Shown: one piece after another, positions 37,548-51,800 of the stretch
How the letters are laid out: every line of letters starts with the position of its first letter
How positions within the stretch are numbered: the stretch's first letter is position 1
Origin: Lama glama
Taxonomy: Eukaryota
Length of the DNA: 64,000 bases
Direction: 5' to 3'
Assembly: GCA_028534125.1 (NCBI GenBank)
Contig: CM052818.1
Location: 8,930,001-8,994,000, forward strand
Notes under the pieces: generated by a model
Databases searched by the model: none
Told to the model about the DNA's origin: nothing
Seen by the model: the letters and a program-made list of their open reading frames with translations, nothing else
Made by a program: the position numbers and the translations under genes

Positions 37548-40500
37548 ATGTACGTATATATACATCCCCTTACTTTCAGGTGCATAGAAAGTGGAAGGAA
37601 ACACACCAAGCTGTTAATAGCAACGTTTTTTAAAAGCAGAAGGCAGAAACACTCTTTTTTTTTTTCACTCTATAGAATTCTGTACTGATTTAAAAATTAA
37701 TTATTAATAATTTTCAATGAGCATGTGCTACTTTTATAATTAAAAAGTTAAAAAAAAATCTGATCTATGTTCTACTGTACTGTGAGTAGACCATGTTGAG
37801 AAAACCGTAATAGTGAGGAAGTGGCTGCTATAAAATTCACTACAGACATTGTTATAATGAATTAGTGGCCAAGAGTTAAGTTGTACTTAGCAAGTATGGG
37901 TGATGGTTTTCCACCAAGGAGAAGAAGAATCTTCTGCCTACCTGAGTTCTGTGGACAGCGAGGAAGCCCAATGTGGCAGCAGACTCATCTCGCATACTGT
38001 ACTAGAGATGGGTGCACTGAGGGGACAGTGAGGCCAAGTTCATCAGAAACAGCATCAGACTCTAAAAGTAAACATTGGTAGCCTCAGCACAGAGACAGGT
38101 TGCAGGCTGCAAGTGACATTGAACCTCACAGTCCCAAGGTCGTATCTCCATACAAAAATCATCACCATAGGAACCAACATCATCTAAAATAAACACAATG
38201 AGCAAGGACATAGGCACTTTCTAGAAGTATATTTTATTCTTTTGGTGAATCTGGCAGGTAGAACATAGAGATGGAAGATAGTTTCCTAACGTCTCTTAAT
38301 GACCACGGCCTTGTATAAGTCCTCTGCCCTGTCTGTCCAGCAATATTTCCCCATTATGACAAGATGATAAAATAGTTTCTACCAAAAGCCTTCAAATCAG
38401 TCATTCTGAGATCACCATCAAATTTCAGTCATGGTTCTCAAAATAGATTGAATATGAATCATATAAAATCCCCAAATTTATTTTTATCTCTTTATGTAAA
38501 AACAGTATAATAGCAGCATTAAGGATTTTTAACTATTTTCATTTTTCAGCCTAAATTCCTTTTAAACTAATAGTTAATCTCTTATTCTACTTGTGCAATC
38601 AAATCCATATTTTCCCCCTTTCCATCTCTCCCCCACCTGCATCCTGTAAATCAACAGAACTTGAAAGCCTAACATCAGCAGGAAACAGAAAACTAGCCAA
38701 GAGCAGGTAAGAGAGAAACAAAAGGCCTAATTATAGTCCTTGGTGAGTAAAAGATGCAAATACCCATATTATATTATCTTCTCATGTACAGGTTTAATAT
38801 TGTGTTGTGATAATACATGTACTGAACTGGTAAGCCAAGTCAGTTGGCATCGCTTATCTGAGAAGAAGGCCAGGGCAGGTTCCTTTGCAACAGAGGCTGT
38901 GAGTGCTGCATGTAGTTGCGATACTGTGAGAGACAACTGTGGCTGTCCCTAGATAAGGGAGAAGTGACTGCGCTGAGATAAAAATTGCTATTTCTCAAAT
39001 TCTGAGGTAAAAATCTGTATACTCTGTAACTAAAGTGCAAACTAATTATGTTCTAAGTTTTCCCTTCTGCTGGCTGAATCACCATCTAAAATATTTGAAA
39101 AACTTGGCTGGAAAGTTGGACAGTTAAGAATTATAAGGTGGCAATTGACCCACAAAAGCCCATCCTTTCCGGCATCCTGTTCTTTTAGGAACATATTCAA
39201 TTATTTCTGAGCTGAGTCTAGAAGGCCTCCTCCTGTATCATTGTCCCTTCGCTGGTCTAGATATTTATTATGTACTTCAGAAAACAGTATTTTTTAACAT
39301 CTGTTTAACATTTATTTTCCTTTAATTTCTATTATAGTCTGTTTTCCAAATTTTCCCTCAGATCAAAAAAAAAAAGAAGTTCAGTAACTAATAGCTTGAC
39401 ATAAGGTCAGCTATTGAAGATTTTAGATATTCGATGCCATCCTTTGCTTTTCACTGCCTGTGTGCATTTGGGGAAGAAGAAGTTAAACTAAATTTTTAAA
39501 TGCTGTAATTCTTTTTGAATCATCGTTAAAACAAGACTGGGAGAAAAGAGGTTATATAAAGGAAAAGAGAAGGCGATAATGGTGGAAATTAAGCCTTCAC
39601 TGATGTAGCCGATAGGAACCAGACCTTCCAAGAAAAGGCAGTCCTGAGAATAAAGCCAAATCCTTTGCTCTTTATCAACATGAAACTCCTGAAGTCTGGA
39701 TTTTCTGATTTTATTCTGAAAGCAACATTTGGTTTGTCTGGACTATTTCTAAACATACTGAAGTTAGAGTGCTTATTGCTCAAGCAGGGATAATTTCTAC
39801 AAGGCCCAATTCAGGCTGAGGATTATTTTTATTTTGCCCCACATTTCCTGAACTCAAAATAAAGTGGTTTTAATCTAGGATTACAGAGGTAGGAAAACTA
39901 GTGGGGTCTGCTGGGACCCATATGTCAGTCTTCTCTTTCCCTGGTCCTTTCTTCATGCCTGCACTAAAAGTCCCAGAAAATATCCCCAGGGAGATGTCCT
40001 AGTTAAAGTAAATGCTCCTTGCAAAAACTTACAAAAACAGATTAGTCCCAGAAAATATAAAAACCATATAATATTCAATCAGGCAAGAAAGGGAGTGACT
40101 TCTCATACTTTCTTAGAAGTAATACAAACTAATATAATATTTCTGGAGAGCAATTTGTAATGTTTATCAAAGTCTTAAAAACTGTGTGCTCTGTATATCA
40201 ACTATACCTCAATTAAAAAAAAAATACAAAAAAAAAACCAACCCCGTGTGCTCCACTTCCAGGAATTTATTCAGGGAAAGTTAACTCTACTTCCCCTTCA
40301 GGACTTCTTTCTATTATCTCTGTATGTTAGGTTGACAGGCATTTAACTGTTCTTAGTGTGTTCTGTATTTTCACAATAGACTATAATAAACATATACTCC
40401 CTTGGCGATAAGAAATTTCTAAAATGCAAACATACCCTATTTAAAACCATTTACGTTCAAAAGTGTTTAATGTTAAATGTAGGGACCACTTTCAGCAACC

Positions 40501-41999
40501 AATTTCTTTTTATTATTATTATTATGATTCTGAAAAATTCAGTACACGTTAACAGTTTTTCCAATGACCTAGGGTTTGGGGATATGATTAAAAAAAAAAG
40601 CCTATGTCCACTTTTGTGGCTATTACTTTCATAGGATTGACCTAAATAGAGCTTCAAACCTCACCTTGTGGGCCCATGGACTGTTTCTTCAGGCTTCCAT
40701 AGACTTTCACTGGATACATGACTCAATACTAACACGGTACCTACAGTTCTTCCAATGACACCTGGAATCCTGTTACCTGATGAGACACTCTTTTCCTCCA
40801 TTTTACAGCAGGGGACATTATCTAAATTCTCCTGGATCACATAACAGTAGCCTGGGAATAGAAAGCAAGTTTTAATAGTTCTTTTGCCAAACCACATGCC
40901 TTTCCTGAATCTATTTACCATACTGTTTCAAGATGTCTTCTGAAGGGTCCACAGGGGCTCCATTTAAAACCTTGTGGGCATTGAGTGCTAACTGCTGGGA
41001 CTGGTTTTAATCAGGCAGGAAGCCAATATTTTCAGCTTGTGTTTCAGAAGAGCTCCTAAAATGTCTCCAAACTGATTTAGGAGAAAATGCTTAACAGAAG
41101 AGGACTTATTCCTGCCCTGGAACAAACTCAGTAGAACTGACATATGCTGTAACCACAGACCAAGAAAACTACATTTTTGGAACACGTTACATTCCAAAGG
41201 CAACAGAAATTTCTAAATGTTATCAGTGTCAGATGACAAAACCTGTTCAACAAGGACCATAACCTCAATATACTGGCTGACAGCTTCCTCCTCTTAAAAT
41301 ATTCTTGGTGTTTGGTATAACCTCTTTACTAGGACCTAGTTTTATGCCAGTTTTCTTGAAGAAATTTTATTGAAGAGGTTTTATTTGATGATTCAGGTAA
41401 AATTTTCTGAGCTCACATCACTTCAGGAGACATTTTCCCTTCCCACAATCCTGACTTGAGGTAAGTCAGGGGAGTCCCTTTATGATGAGGCCAGTTTAGT
41501 TCCAGGTTCCAGAAAAGCGCAAGTTTTTCAATAGCTCAGATCAAACCAGACTTCCCAGATTTAGGCAGAACTAATACAAATGCCTGAATCAGTTCCAAAA
41601 GCATATTAGTTCTTACTAAGGTCAGTAAACCTTTTCTAGGTTAGGCAGGCTCCTCTAGGCCTCAGCTCAGGACACATTTGGTCAGCCTTGTATTTTCACA
41701 AGTAAAATGTTTTCTCCCCCTTTTCTAATTCTTACATGATTTATCATGTATAAATCCCCAAAATCCTACCCAAGAATAAACCACCATAGCAAGGGTTTCT
41801 GAAGTTGATCCCACCCCAGTTCTACTGAACCTAAGACTCTAGGGATAGGGTCCTGAAAGCCTCTTTTTTTGTTCTTTTTTTTTTTTTAAATGCTTTTAGG
41901 AGTGCCTCTGTATGCTGAAGCATAAGAACCTCTGCAGGAAAACAACTGTAAGAGTGAATGAAAGGGAGAGAGGAAGAAATCCCACCAAGCAGAGGCAGG

Positions 42000-42109
42000 C
42001 AAGATTGGAATTTCAGGATTTAATACTATTGGGGGAACAAATTTTTTTTTTTAAACAGGTTCCTGGGGAGGGATCATGAACACCTTTGCTTCAGCAACTC
42101 CATCATCAG
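42000..42109 (-). other. COMMD1: COMMD1 3' UTR (end approximate)
   Basis: Unique sequence directly after the stop codon, with ATTAAA about 85 nt downstream. Confidence 0.75.
42019..42024 (-). terminator. Polyadenylation signal ATTAAA of COMMD1
   Basis: tttaat on the plus strand at 42019-42024, followed on the minus strand by pyrimidine-rich sequence. Confidence 0.75.
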
Positions 42110-42217
42110 CTAGGCTCGCTGCATCAGGGTGCTGATACATTCTTCTACCTCTGAGAGCTTCTTCAGGACTTGGTTGACCTTGACCTCATCAAATTCCAAA
42201 CACAGAAATTCGGATTC
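42110..42217 (-). CDS. COMMD1: Terminal coding exon of COMM domain-containing protein 1 (copper metabolism, MURR1)
   Basis: Translates as ESEFLCLEFDEVKVNQVLKKLSEVEECISTLMQRA*, matching the human COMMD1 C-terminus as I recall it (ESEFLCLEFDEVKVNQILKTLSEVEESISTLISQPN). It is preceded on the minus strand by a canonical phase-0 acceptor (ccttttatgttttccag|GAA). The stop is TAG at 42112-42110. Confidence 0.96.
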   Translation of the reverse strand, partial: ESEFLCLEFDEVKVNQVLKKLSEVEECISTLMQRA

Positions 42218-43580
42218 CTGGAAAACATAAAAGGATATTTTAGACAAGACCCTCAAGATAGCCAAGGCTCTAGATCTGGTGCGACTCAGCTCCAAAGGCC
42301 TAGGGTCCCTACCCAGCAAGCCTGACTCAGGCCCCAGTACCTAAATGATGTTTTACCCAGTGAAGCAAGCCCACACAGTGCACTATATGAAACTACTTCT
42401 ATGTGTTTCATAAATGCTTAAGAGGTATACAGATGTCAGGTGTTCTCTTTATGAGGCACGTGAGCAGCTCTTCTTGTCTGATGTCATATTTGATTCCATA
42501 ATAATTTTTAAGGTAAGTACTTAAGTATTGCTAGTTTATAGATGATGACCCTGGGACACAGGGAGGTTAAGAAAAAAGCAGAGTCAGATTGTGAACTCCC
42601 AGCTCTGGCTGACTCCAAAGTCCATGCTGTCTCCATAGCACCCTGTACTGTAACAATGGAAGGAGGATTTGGATTGGCTCCGTGTTAGCCTGGGAATTGG
42701 GCCATCTCGCATTCAGTGGTACTAGAAATTATGACACGTTGTGACAAAGTTGCTTGGGAAACATTAACCAGGTAATTGAAAGAAACCAGATCTTGAAACA
42801 GCCTTGAACATTTCTGGGGTCTTTCCACTTGCTGCAAGCCAACTCTCCCAAGATTTCCCTCAAAGACATTCCTTTCAGTCACTGTTAGGATCAGCCAATC
42901 TACCCCAGATAAGGTAGCTATCAAAGAAAAAGGCCTTTGAAATGTGGTGACAGAAATTTCTTATACACTGGACAAATCCTAGGTCCCTACTGTCTCTATT
43001 CTAACAGTGACCATTTTCAAGATCCTGAAGAACAGTAATTGTATAATTTTAAAGCAGTTATAAATTCTTAGAGATCACAGAAGTCAACTGCCTTGTTTTC
43101 TAGGTAATGAAACTGAGGCTCCAGGCATGTTAAATGACATGCCCATTGTACCTCTGTTTGTTGATAGTAGAGCCACCAGATCAAAATTCTTTTCTCTATA
43201 TTTTCCTCTCTAACTACCCCGACCCACAGGGCAGGTAAAGGAAGAACAATAAACCTCTTCAGAGGAAGGGGGTTACTCCGTCATTAGCTAGAAGAACCTT
43301 CAGGATTTGATTTTGTAAAAGTAGCTTTGCTGATGCTAAGCTATATACTGAGTTTATCCTGATGGCACTGAACATCCACCAGGAGAAACAAGAACAGAGG
43401 GAAAGAAGGGGATCCTCAAATGAGTCTTTCAAAGGGGGGAAAGGCAGTTTTCCCCGACTACAAGGAACCTCTTCCTCAAACATGTATTTAAACAAAAGGA
43501 GTACCATCTCATATGTGAGCTTAGAAACTGCCAGGTTTTCATTTAGTTGAAAGCAAAAACAAATTTAAAAAACAGAAAGA

Positions 43581-43745
43581 GGAAGAGGGTATAGCTCAGT
43601 AGTAGAGTGTGTGCTTAGCATGCATGAGGCCTTGGGTTCAGTCCCCAGTACCTCCATTAAAATAGATAAATAAATAGATAAATAAGTCTAATTACCTCCT
43701 CCCCAAACAAAAAACAAATCAAAAAAGCAAGAAAACAAACAAAAA
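43581..43745 (+). mobile_element. tRNA-Ala-derived SINE (Vic-1-like)
   Basis: gggtatagctcagtagtagagtgtgtgcttagcatgcatgagg...gggttcagtccccagtacctcc with an A-rich tail, flanked by agaaaga repeats. Confidence 0.9.
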
Positions 43746-46700
43746 AAGAAAGATATTCCACATTTTGAGCCATAGAAAGGGTTATCTCCTTTTGGAGAGA
43801 AGAGCAAATTTACGGCAAATCAGGCACTTCACTTGGCTAAACTGAGAACAAGTCTCAGATTTGAAAGCCTCTATTCTTCATTCAGTTTTACTGAGATCTT
43901 TAGCCTTACTTTAAAACATTTTTTTTAACATTTGGCCTTTGAAACAACGGTCTTGAAACGAATAATTACCAGAGCCTAACAGATACATTCAGGGAACTGG
44001 CAGAAAAGATGATGTAACCCATGCTTTATCTCAGTGAGATAAGGTCAGTTACAATAATAAATCACCTGGTTCAGTCCACTTATATGGGAGGAAATTGTCA
44101 AGGACAGTATTTATAGAGATAGGAATACCTGAGCAAAGTTTATTAATAAACAACCAAGGTCTTTTCTAACTAAGGGTAATTAATTTGTTGGAAGTTTCAG
44201 TATTAGAACTATCTTTGATTGGATCTCTAAGTATTAATGAAGTTCAGCTTACTTTTAAGTGAAATCAAACACTACAGAGAAAAAGCAGGCTAAAGAGGCT
44301 CTAAAGTTAAATATTTTCCATGCACTCCCAATCTTCACTCCTCTCCCCTTCAAACAACGCACACTGACAGTCTTAGAAAGACACGTATAACCAGACATGA
44401 CTCTTGAAGAAACAGTTTACCTGACATGGTTTAACTGAAACTAGCTTCATCTAATTATGCTGTCAAATATTTTATGTTTTATCAGGAATTCAAGAGCCTT
44501 TAAACTGAGGCTTAACACATGGGGTTTTGTTCAAATTTCACATTTGGCTGGGGTACTCTACAGAAAGTACATCTAATACATTTGAGAGGATCTTTAGAAA
44601 TTCAGGTGATGCTTTTCAAGCCAGACGCAGATAGTACAAGAGTATTCCGAAACACCTGATTTTCTCCCTCAGTCTTGATCATCCATCTTGATCTGGGCCT
44701 AACTAGGCATAATAATGAGAGATGATGACTAAATTCCTGCATTTAGGTATCTGAGTCAAGAGTTAGAACCTGCTTCTTAGTAGAATGTAGACACAACATG
44801 GGGCAGAGCCAGGAAGAGGTTAGCAGATGACTAAGAAGGCACACCGTTAGTAAGAATACGTACTTTGTGATCATGGTGAGTACAGCAGTGTATTAAACTC
44901 AAGGGTTTAAGTAACGATTTCAAATTTAAAAAGAAAGGAAAGGCAAAATATCCAAATATTCTAAGTGCAAAAGCTAAAAAGTCATAAAACCCCAAGAAGA
45001 GATCCTTGAGAGGCCACCCTTCCCAAACCAACAACAAAAACCAACCTAGCTTCTAGAGAAGGACATGTTCCCTGTTCCTAAGGAACTCCTTTCCCAGGGA
45101 ACTCTTACTTGTCAAACCAAGTCTAGAATGCTTTAGCTTAAACTCATTTCTTAACAGGGTCAGAGATTATAACCAATTACTAGTTTATATACTAAATGAA
45201 GGCTGTGTTTGGTTTCTCCAGCCACACACTAAATAACCTCTTTGTGTATAAAGTCCGTTTAAATGACTTCCTTATCTAGGCCCATAAGCATACCCTGAGC
45301 ATTTCTTTGGCAAAACAATACGACAGTGACAAAATTCTAAAGACAGAATAAAAAGGATTATGACTTATTAAGCACCTGAGTAGAACCATTCAGAATAAAT
45401 TCAACAAAAGACAAAACAGAAATCTTACAGCCTATCTTCTATATTATTTCCCATGCAAAGTTTCCACAAAGATTTATCCCCAATTTATTGGTCCTATTTA
45501 GTATTATAATACAACTTTGGCAAGTTCCAACATGTGATCTCTTTAAAAAATAGTAAAGTTGGGGAATGGAAGGTAAGAGTGGAAAGGGTGGGTGCTTTAG
45601 GATCCTGCTAACCAATACTGATTCAGGAAGGCCACATACAGGCGGCCAGATTTCATAAGGCTTATTCCCCTAATTGTTCTTTTGGCTTCACGCACTGACA
45701 CAAAGGGATTCTTGCCTGAGCACAAAGTTTTTTGGTTTTTGTTCTGAGCAAAAACTTTAAACCATAAGGCCTATCCCTCTGTTTGGGCTATCCTTTCCTA
45801 AACTTAGATTAATCCTCTGACCTGCAGCTCTGCCACTCAGTGTCTCCTGTGTTTAACAACGGGCAAGAGAAAGAGAACATGGAGCAAAGGTCAAAACTGG
45901 CAGTGGCTTCTTGAAGAGCAGTTATATAATAAATAAGTTACCCAGGAGATTTTAACACTGCCCACCAGAGAAGTTTAATACAATATCATAAATAAACCTG
46001 TGTTCACCACTCATTCCCACACTTCCTGCAGTTTTTTCAGAATTATCTTGCTACTGCTAACTCAATCAGGATGCCTTGAAATAGATTCTCTGTAGCAAAG
46101 GATCTTCCAACTTCCTTCTTGAGGAACCACTTATCCCAAATTAAATTCTTAACAGCTCCCTGAAACCTGTGCTGATTAATCTCCACTTGACCTTTCATAG
46201 CCATTCTCCACCCTTCTCTACCTTGTTCCAGGTCCTCTAAGACTGTGTCACTCCCGTGTTCTCTGGCATACAGTTGGGTTCTGATAAGAGAAGAGAGGTC
46301 AGGATATTTATTCCCCAACCCCCAACTCCTCCTCCTCTGCCATTTCCAGTATTTTCTATGTGAGGGTATCGTTTCTTTATTTCCTACTTTACTTTCTGGC
46401 CTCAATCACTACTTTAGTATAAACATAAAGATGAGTTTCTTCAGACTGCAAAAGTACATAATCACCAAATACAAACTCCAAAGATGAGCAGAGCGAGGAT
46501 TTTCGTCATGACTGAGTTGATAGGAAGGCTGCACTCCAAGTGATAAATAATAGGATGAACCAGAACCAATATTTGATTTCTTTTATTATCATTTGATATT
46601 GAAATCTTATAAAACAGCACTTTGGTATTTGAAAAAAAAAAGCAACAATAGTAACAACAGCAAAAACAACCGTGGAAGATAACGCTTCATTAAGAATTTG

Positions 46701-47412
46701 CATCAAAGGTCTTCATACCAACACACAGCCTCATCTCTACAACCTGTTCTTATACCCCACATCCAAAGCAACAGACATCTTTTGCTATAGCTTAAAACAA
46801 TACTTCCAAAAGCAAACTTGTGATTTATGTTTTTTTTATCTTGCAACAAAAATTTTTTAGCAATACATATTACAACTAACAGTCCTTACTTAGGCCATTT
46901 TTATCCCAGGGAAATTCTCATTTCAAACATAATAGCTGTCAAGTCCTATATCTACTGTGTAAAAAGCGTAAGAAACCAATTTTGCCAAAAGGGAAAAAAA
47001 TTATGCTATAAATCACAAAGCAAACCATCCTACTGAAGATAAAAAAAGACTAAAATCAGACTCTTTTGGAGGAAAAGACTGTACCTTAATGACTGAGCAA
47101 CTGAATTAAAAAGATTCACCCCAAAACTCAACAGGTATTCATAATGTGCAAAGAGCTATGTGGGACTAAGAGGAGTTCTTCAAGAACTTAAAAAAAAAAA
47201 AAAAACACTAACAAATGAACATAACAGTGCCTCAGCACACACCAGGTACTTTTAGAGCCAGAGGAACTTCTATAGGAAATGTTTATCCATACTCTTACAA
47301 TCCCCTAGAAGAGGACAGAATATTACCAGTGTAGTATAAAAGCATTAACCATCACTGGATAACAATTACTGAGTTTTCTGGTGATGTCATTCAGGCATTT
47401 CAAAGGACTTTT

Positions 47413-48807
47413 TTTTTATTGACGTATAGTCAATTTACCATGTTGTGTCAATTTCTGGTGTACAGCATAATGTTTCAGTCATACATATACATACATATAT
47501 TCCTTTCATATTCTTTTTCATTATAGGTTACTACAAGATATTGAATATAGTTCCCTGTGTTATACAGTATAAACTTGTTGTTTATCTGTCCTACATATGG
47601 TTGTTAGCATCTGCAAATCTCAAACTCCCAATTTATCCCTTCTGACCCCTTTCTACCCTGGAAACCATAAGTTTGTTTTCTGTGTCTGTGATTCTGTCTC
47701 TGTTTTGTAAGTAAGTTCATTTGTGTCCTTTTTTAAGATTCCCCATATAAGTGGTATCATACAGTATTTTTCTTTCTCTTTCTGGCTTACTTCACTTAGA
47801 AATGATGATCTCCAGGTCTATCCATATTACTGCAAATAGCATTATTTTATTCTTTTTTATGGCTGAGTAGTATTCCATCATATAAGTATACCACAATTTC
47901 TTTATCCAGTCTTCTGTCGATGGACATTTAGGTTGTTTTCATGTCTTGGCTATTGTAAACAATGCTTCTATGAACATTGGGGTGCATGTATCTTTTTGAA
48001 TTAGAGTTCCCTCCAGATATATGCCCAGGAGTGGGATTGCTGGATCATATGGTAAGTCTATTTCTAGGTTTTTTAAAAAAATATTTTTACTGAAGTATAG
48101 TCAGTTTACAATGTTGTGTCAATTTCTGCTGTACAGCACAATATTTCAGTCATATAGGAACATACATATATTTGTTTTCATATTCTTTTTAACCATAAGT
48201 TACTACAAGATACTGAATATAGTTCCCTGTGTTATACAGTATAAACTTGTTGTTTATCTATTTTATACATAGTTAGTATCTGCAAATCTCAAACTCTCAA
48301 TTTATCCCTTCCAACCCCCTTTCCCCCTAGTAACCATAAGTTTGTTTTCTATGTCTGTGAGTCTGTTTCTGTTTTGTAAATAAATTTGTTTGTCCTTTTT
48401 TTTTTTTTTAGATTCCCCATATAAGTTATATCATATGGTATTTTTCTTTCTCTTTCTGGCTTACTTCACTTAGAATGACATTCTCCAGGGCCATCCATGT
48501 TGCTGCAAATGGCATTATTTTGTTATTTTTTATGGCTGAGTAGTATTCCATTTGTAAATATACCACAACTTCTTTATCCAGTCATCTGTCGATGGACATT
48601 TATGTTGTTTCCATGTCTTGGCTATTGTAAATATTGCTGCTATGAACATTGGGGTGCCTTTATCTTTTTGAATTAAGATTCCTCCTGGATATATGCCCAG
48701 GAGTGGGATTGTTGGATCATACAGTAAGTCTTTTGCGGAATCTCCATATTGTTTTCCATAATGGCTACACCAAACTACAATTCTACCAACACTGTAGGAG
48801 GGTTCCC
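47413..48807 (-). mobile_element. Compound LINE-1 (two 3' ends in tandem) within one 13-bp TSD
   Basis: Perfect TSD tcaaaggactttt at 47400-47412 and 48808-48820. L1 3' units lie at about 47413-48070 and 48075-48730. Confidence 0.9.
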
Positions 48808-51800
48808 TCAAAGGACTTTTGTGAGGACAACCTGACAACAGGAGTTTAAAGTGCTTAAAAAAATTAAAAAGTCCCCACTATCACCAATTCTTACTACATT
48901 AAAAAGTAAACTTTATGGAAAAACATGAATTTTTAATCAGTTAACTAGAAACTCAAGTAAGAAAAGAGACATATCTAGGAAGTTTCAGATCTACCACGGA
49001 TGTAAGCTACTGCAAAACAAATCTAAGGCACCTAACTTCAACTTTCCAAGTGGTGTACACAGGTTTTATATAAAGTAGCAAAAATTTTAAACAAAATAAC
49101 ATCAGATCTTAATTATTCAGAGACCTAATATCTACGTCTCTGCTGCTTGACTTCCTCCTCTTTTTTGGTCCATCTTTTAAGTATTTCTATGAAATGGAAA
49201 AAGGATGTGAAATTTAAATTGATTAATATGACCAAATTATAGAAGCTCTGCAAAAAGTTTTATAGAAAAGGATATTAGAGCTATTGGAAGGAACTTTAAC
49301 GGTGACTTCACGTAACTAATGCTTAAAATCATACCCATATGGTGGCAATTTAAGTCAGGAAGATCTTCTTATCCCAAATGTTTCCCTTCTTCAGTAACCA
49401 AGACTACTGTTCTCAGCCTAGATAACGTCTTTAAAACAGAAATACTCCCAGGAGAGGTAATACAAAAAGCCATTAACACCTTTCTACTTTTTAAATCAGG
49501 ACACTTCTTTTCCTCCGGGGAGGATCAGCCTGCCTGAAAACACAGGGTACCTACCATTAAGAGGGACTGGGGGAAGTGGGATGTATAGTAGGGCACAAAA
49601 CATAAAAGAGGTTGGAAAGTACCAAAGGCAAATCCTTCTTCTTATCACATAACCCGTATCAGAGGCACAGATTCATAGGTGAAGCATCTTAAGCCAGTCA
49701 GATCCCAGACCCACAGTCTTCATGCCTTTCTAATTACTGATCACTAAGATCACTAAGTGCCAGGAAAACCTAGTGAACCCTATCAAGGGGGCATTAGCAA
49801 GATAATCTCAATGAAACCAAAGGCTAAATTTACACACACACACACACTTCTCCTGCGGTGCCTTCATTTTTATTTGTAGGCTCAGGGCCTGTGACCCAAT
49901 AAGGCAGTGAGATTCCAAGAACACTGCCCACTCAAGGTTGTTTGAATTTCTAAGAAGAGAGAAAGTGGGAGTATGCCAAGAACAGGACCCTGAGATTCTT
50001 TTGGTTTAAGATTTCTTAGCTGGAAAAAATCTAGAGCCATGATTTAGAAGAAAACTAGACATGCCTGTTCTGCCAATGTGTGGTCAAAAGGAACATGTAT
50101 TTTGGCCCAGGCAACCCAACTTGTCTCTGAAAGGGAGAAAATAGTTTTGACCTTTGCAAGAATGAGTGGTTCTTTCATTAGCTGAATTCTATACTGCTAA
50201 AACAAGACCATCACTATTCTCTCCCGTCCTCCAAATATTTTAAAGCAGCCTGACATATATTCTGCTCCCCATCAGTGTACAGTGAAAGGTAGAGGTATCC
50301 TCAATCTTCATTTTACCACTAAAAACAAGGTCAGAGACTAGCCTCAGACTTCCCAGCTCTTTGATTAAACCCATTGCCCACTAACACCCACATGACTCTC
50401 AATGTGAACACTTTTAAACCTGCTTAGTGTACATTTAACAGAGTAGAATGGAAACTAACTAGAAATGCCTGATTTTGTACTAATTTACATAAGCACCAAT
50501 ACTCAAGCATTTAGTATTTTAGAAACACCCCACAAAAGAAAATAAAATGAAGCCAAGTTATACAAACACTGGAAGTTCAATACAATTAGATCATTGGCTG
50601 ATTTCTACAAAACACTGTGCTCTAGCTCATTTTACAACTTTTCGTTTTCGGAAGAATTTAATGTTTAGCTCTTAAGGCTTTCTGTATTTTAAAAAACTCT
50701 GGCTGAAAAATATTTGGGTAAAAAGTTATTTTTAGGTGCTCTGGTTTGATCTACAGGAAGTCATACAGGATTTTGGCTAAGTAGTTCCCATGTGACAATG
50801 AATAAAGAATCAGAGGAATAACTGCTGAACAAATGAAAAGGCAACTCACAGTGAAGAAAGAAGTTTCACCTAAATCTTAGAGAAACCAAATGACAAAACT
50901 CTTGTAGCACATGAGAAACAGAGTATCACTAATTTTAGTTTGAAGTTCAAATTGGGGCCCCTCATCATTCCTGATCAATTACATTCCAGGGCAAACTCAT
51001 TTGCAAACAACTTTGACAAACAAACTAAAATACATTTACATGAAAGTAATAGATTAAAAAAAAAAAAACTCATCCAAAGCAGCTTGTTCAGGCAGTATCA
51101 CTAGTCAGGTAAGAACAAAGTATGCAACAGCACTTGCTTTCTAAGGGGTTCCTGATAACCTACAGGTTAAGATGGGGGAAACACATTAATACATCCAATA
51201 AAAAGACAGGAGTGTAGCAATGCATTCATTGATAAACTTCTTGGCAGGAGAGGAAGGCAGAAAGGTACTAATCAAACCAATTCTGGAACTGCAGATTTTC
51301 TCCAACTAGAGGACAGTGCTCAGTCTGCCAATAGCACCATCTATTTATTTCCAACTTTCTCAGTGTGGTTTCTTTTAAGTCATTCATGACAGCACAATTA
51401 AGCAGAATAGGCACAGTTAGAAAGCTGCTCTTCCCTTGGCCTTTCTTCAGAGAAAACAAATAAACCAATGTAAGGAAGGCAAAGGTTGAAATGCCTAAGG
51501 ATAAGAGGACTTTTAAATTCAAAAAATGCTGATTTGGGGAGAAAAGATTTTGGATAAAATTTTTTTGGGGGGGGTCAAGGTTGTAGGGGAAGGGGATTAA
51601 TTTTGTTGGGTCTCCACCTAACTCCAAATACAGTAACATTCTGAGGCCCTGGAGATTGGAACCTTCATGCTAACATGTGAATTTGCAGAGGACACAATTC
51701 AGTCCACAACAATCCCCAGTGCTTGGAGTGTACTGTGTTTATCAAACATCCCCTAAGTGTTTGTGGTTGATGATGATGCTGATCTCACACATGAGTTTAG

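Noticed and set aside
42218..42319. N-terminal part of the 69-aa ORF overlapping COMMD1
   Set aside because: It is intronic read-through upstream of the splice acceptor and is not COMMD1 sequence.
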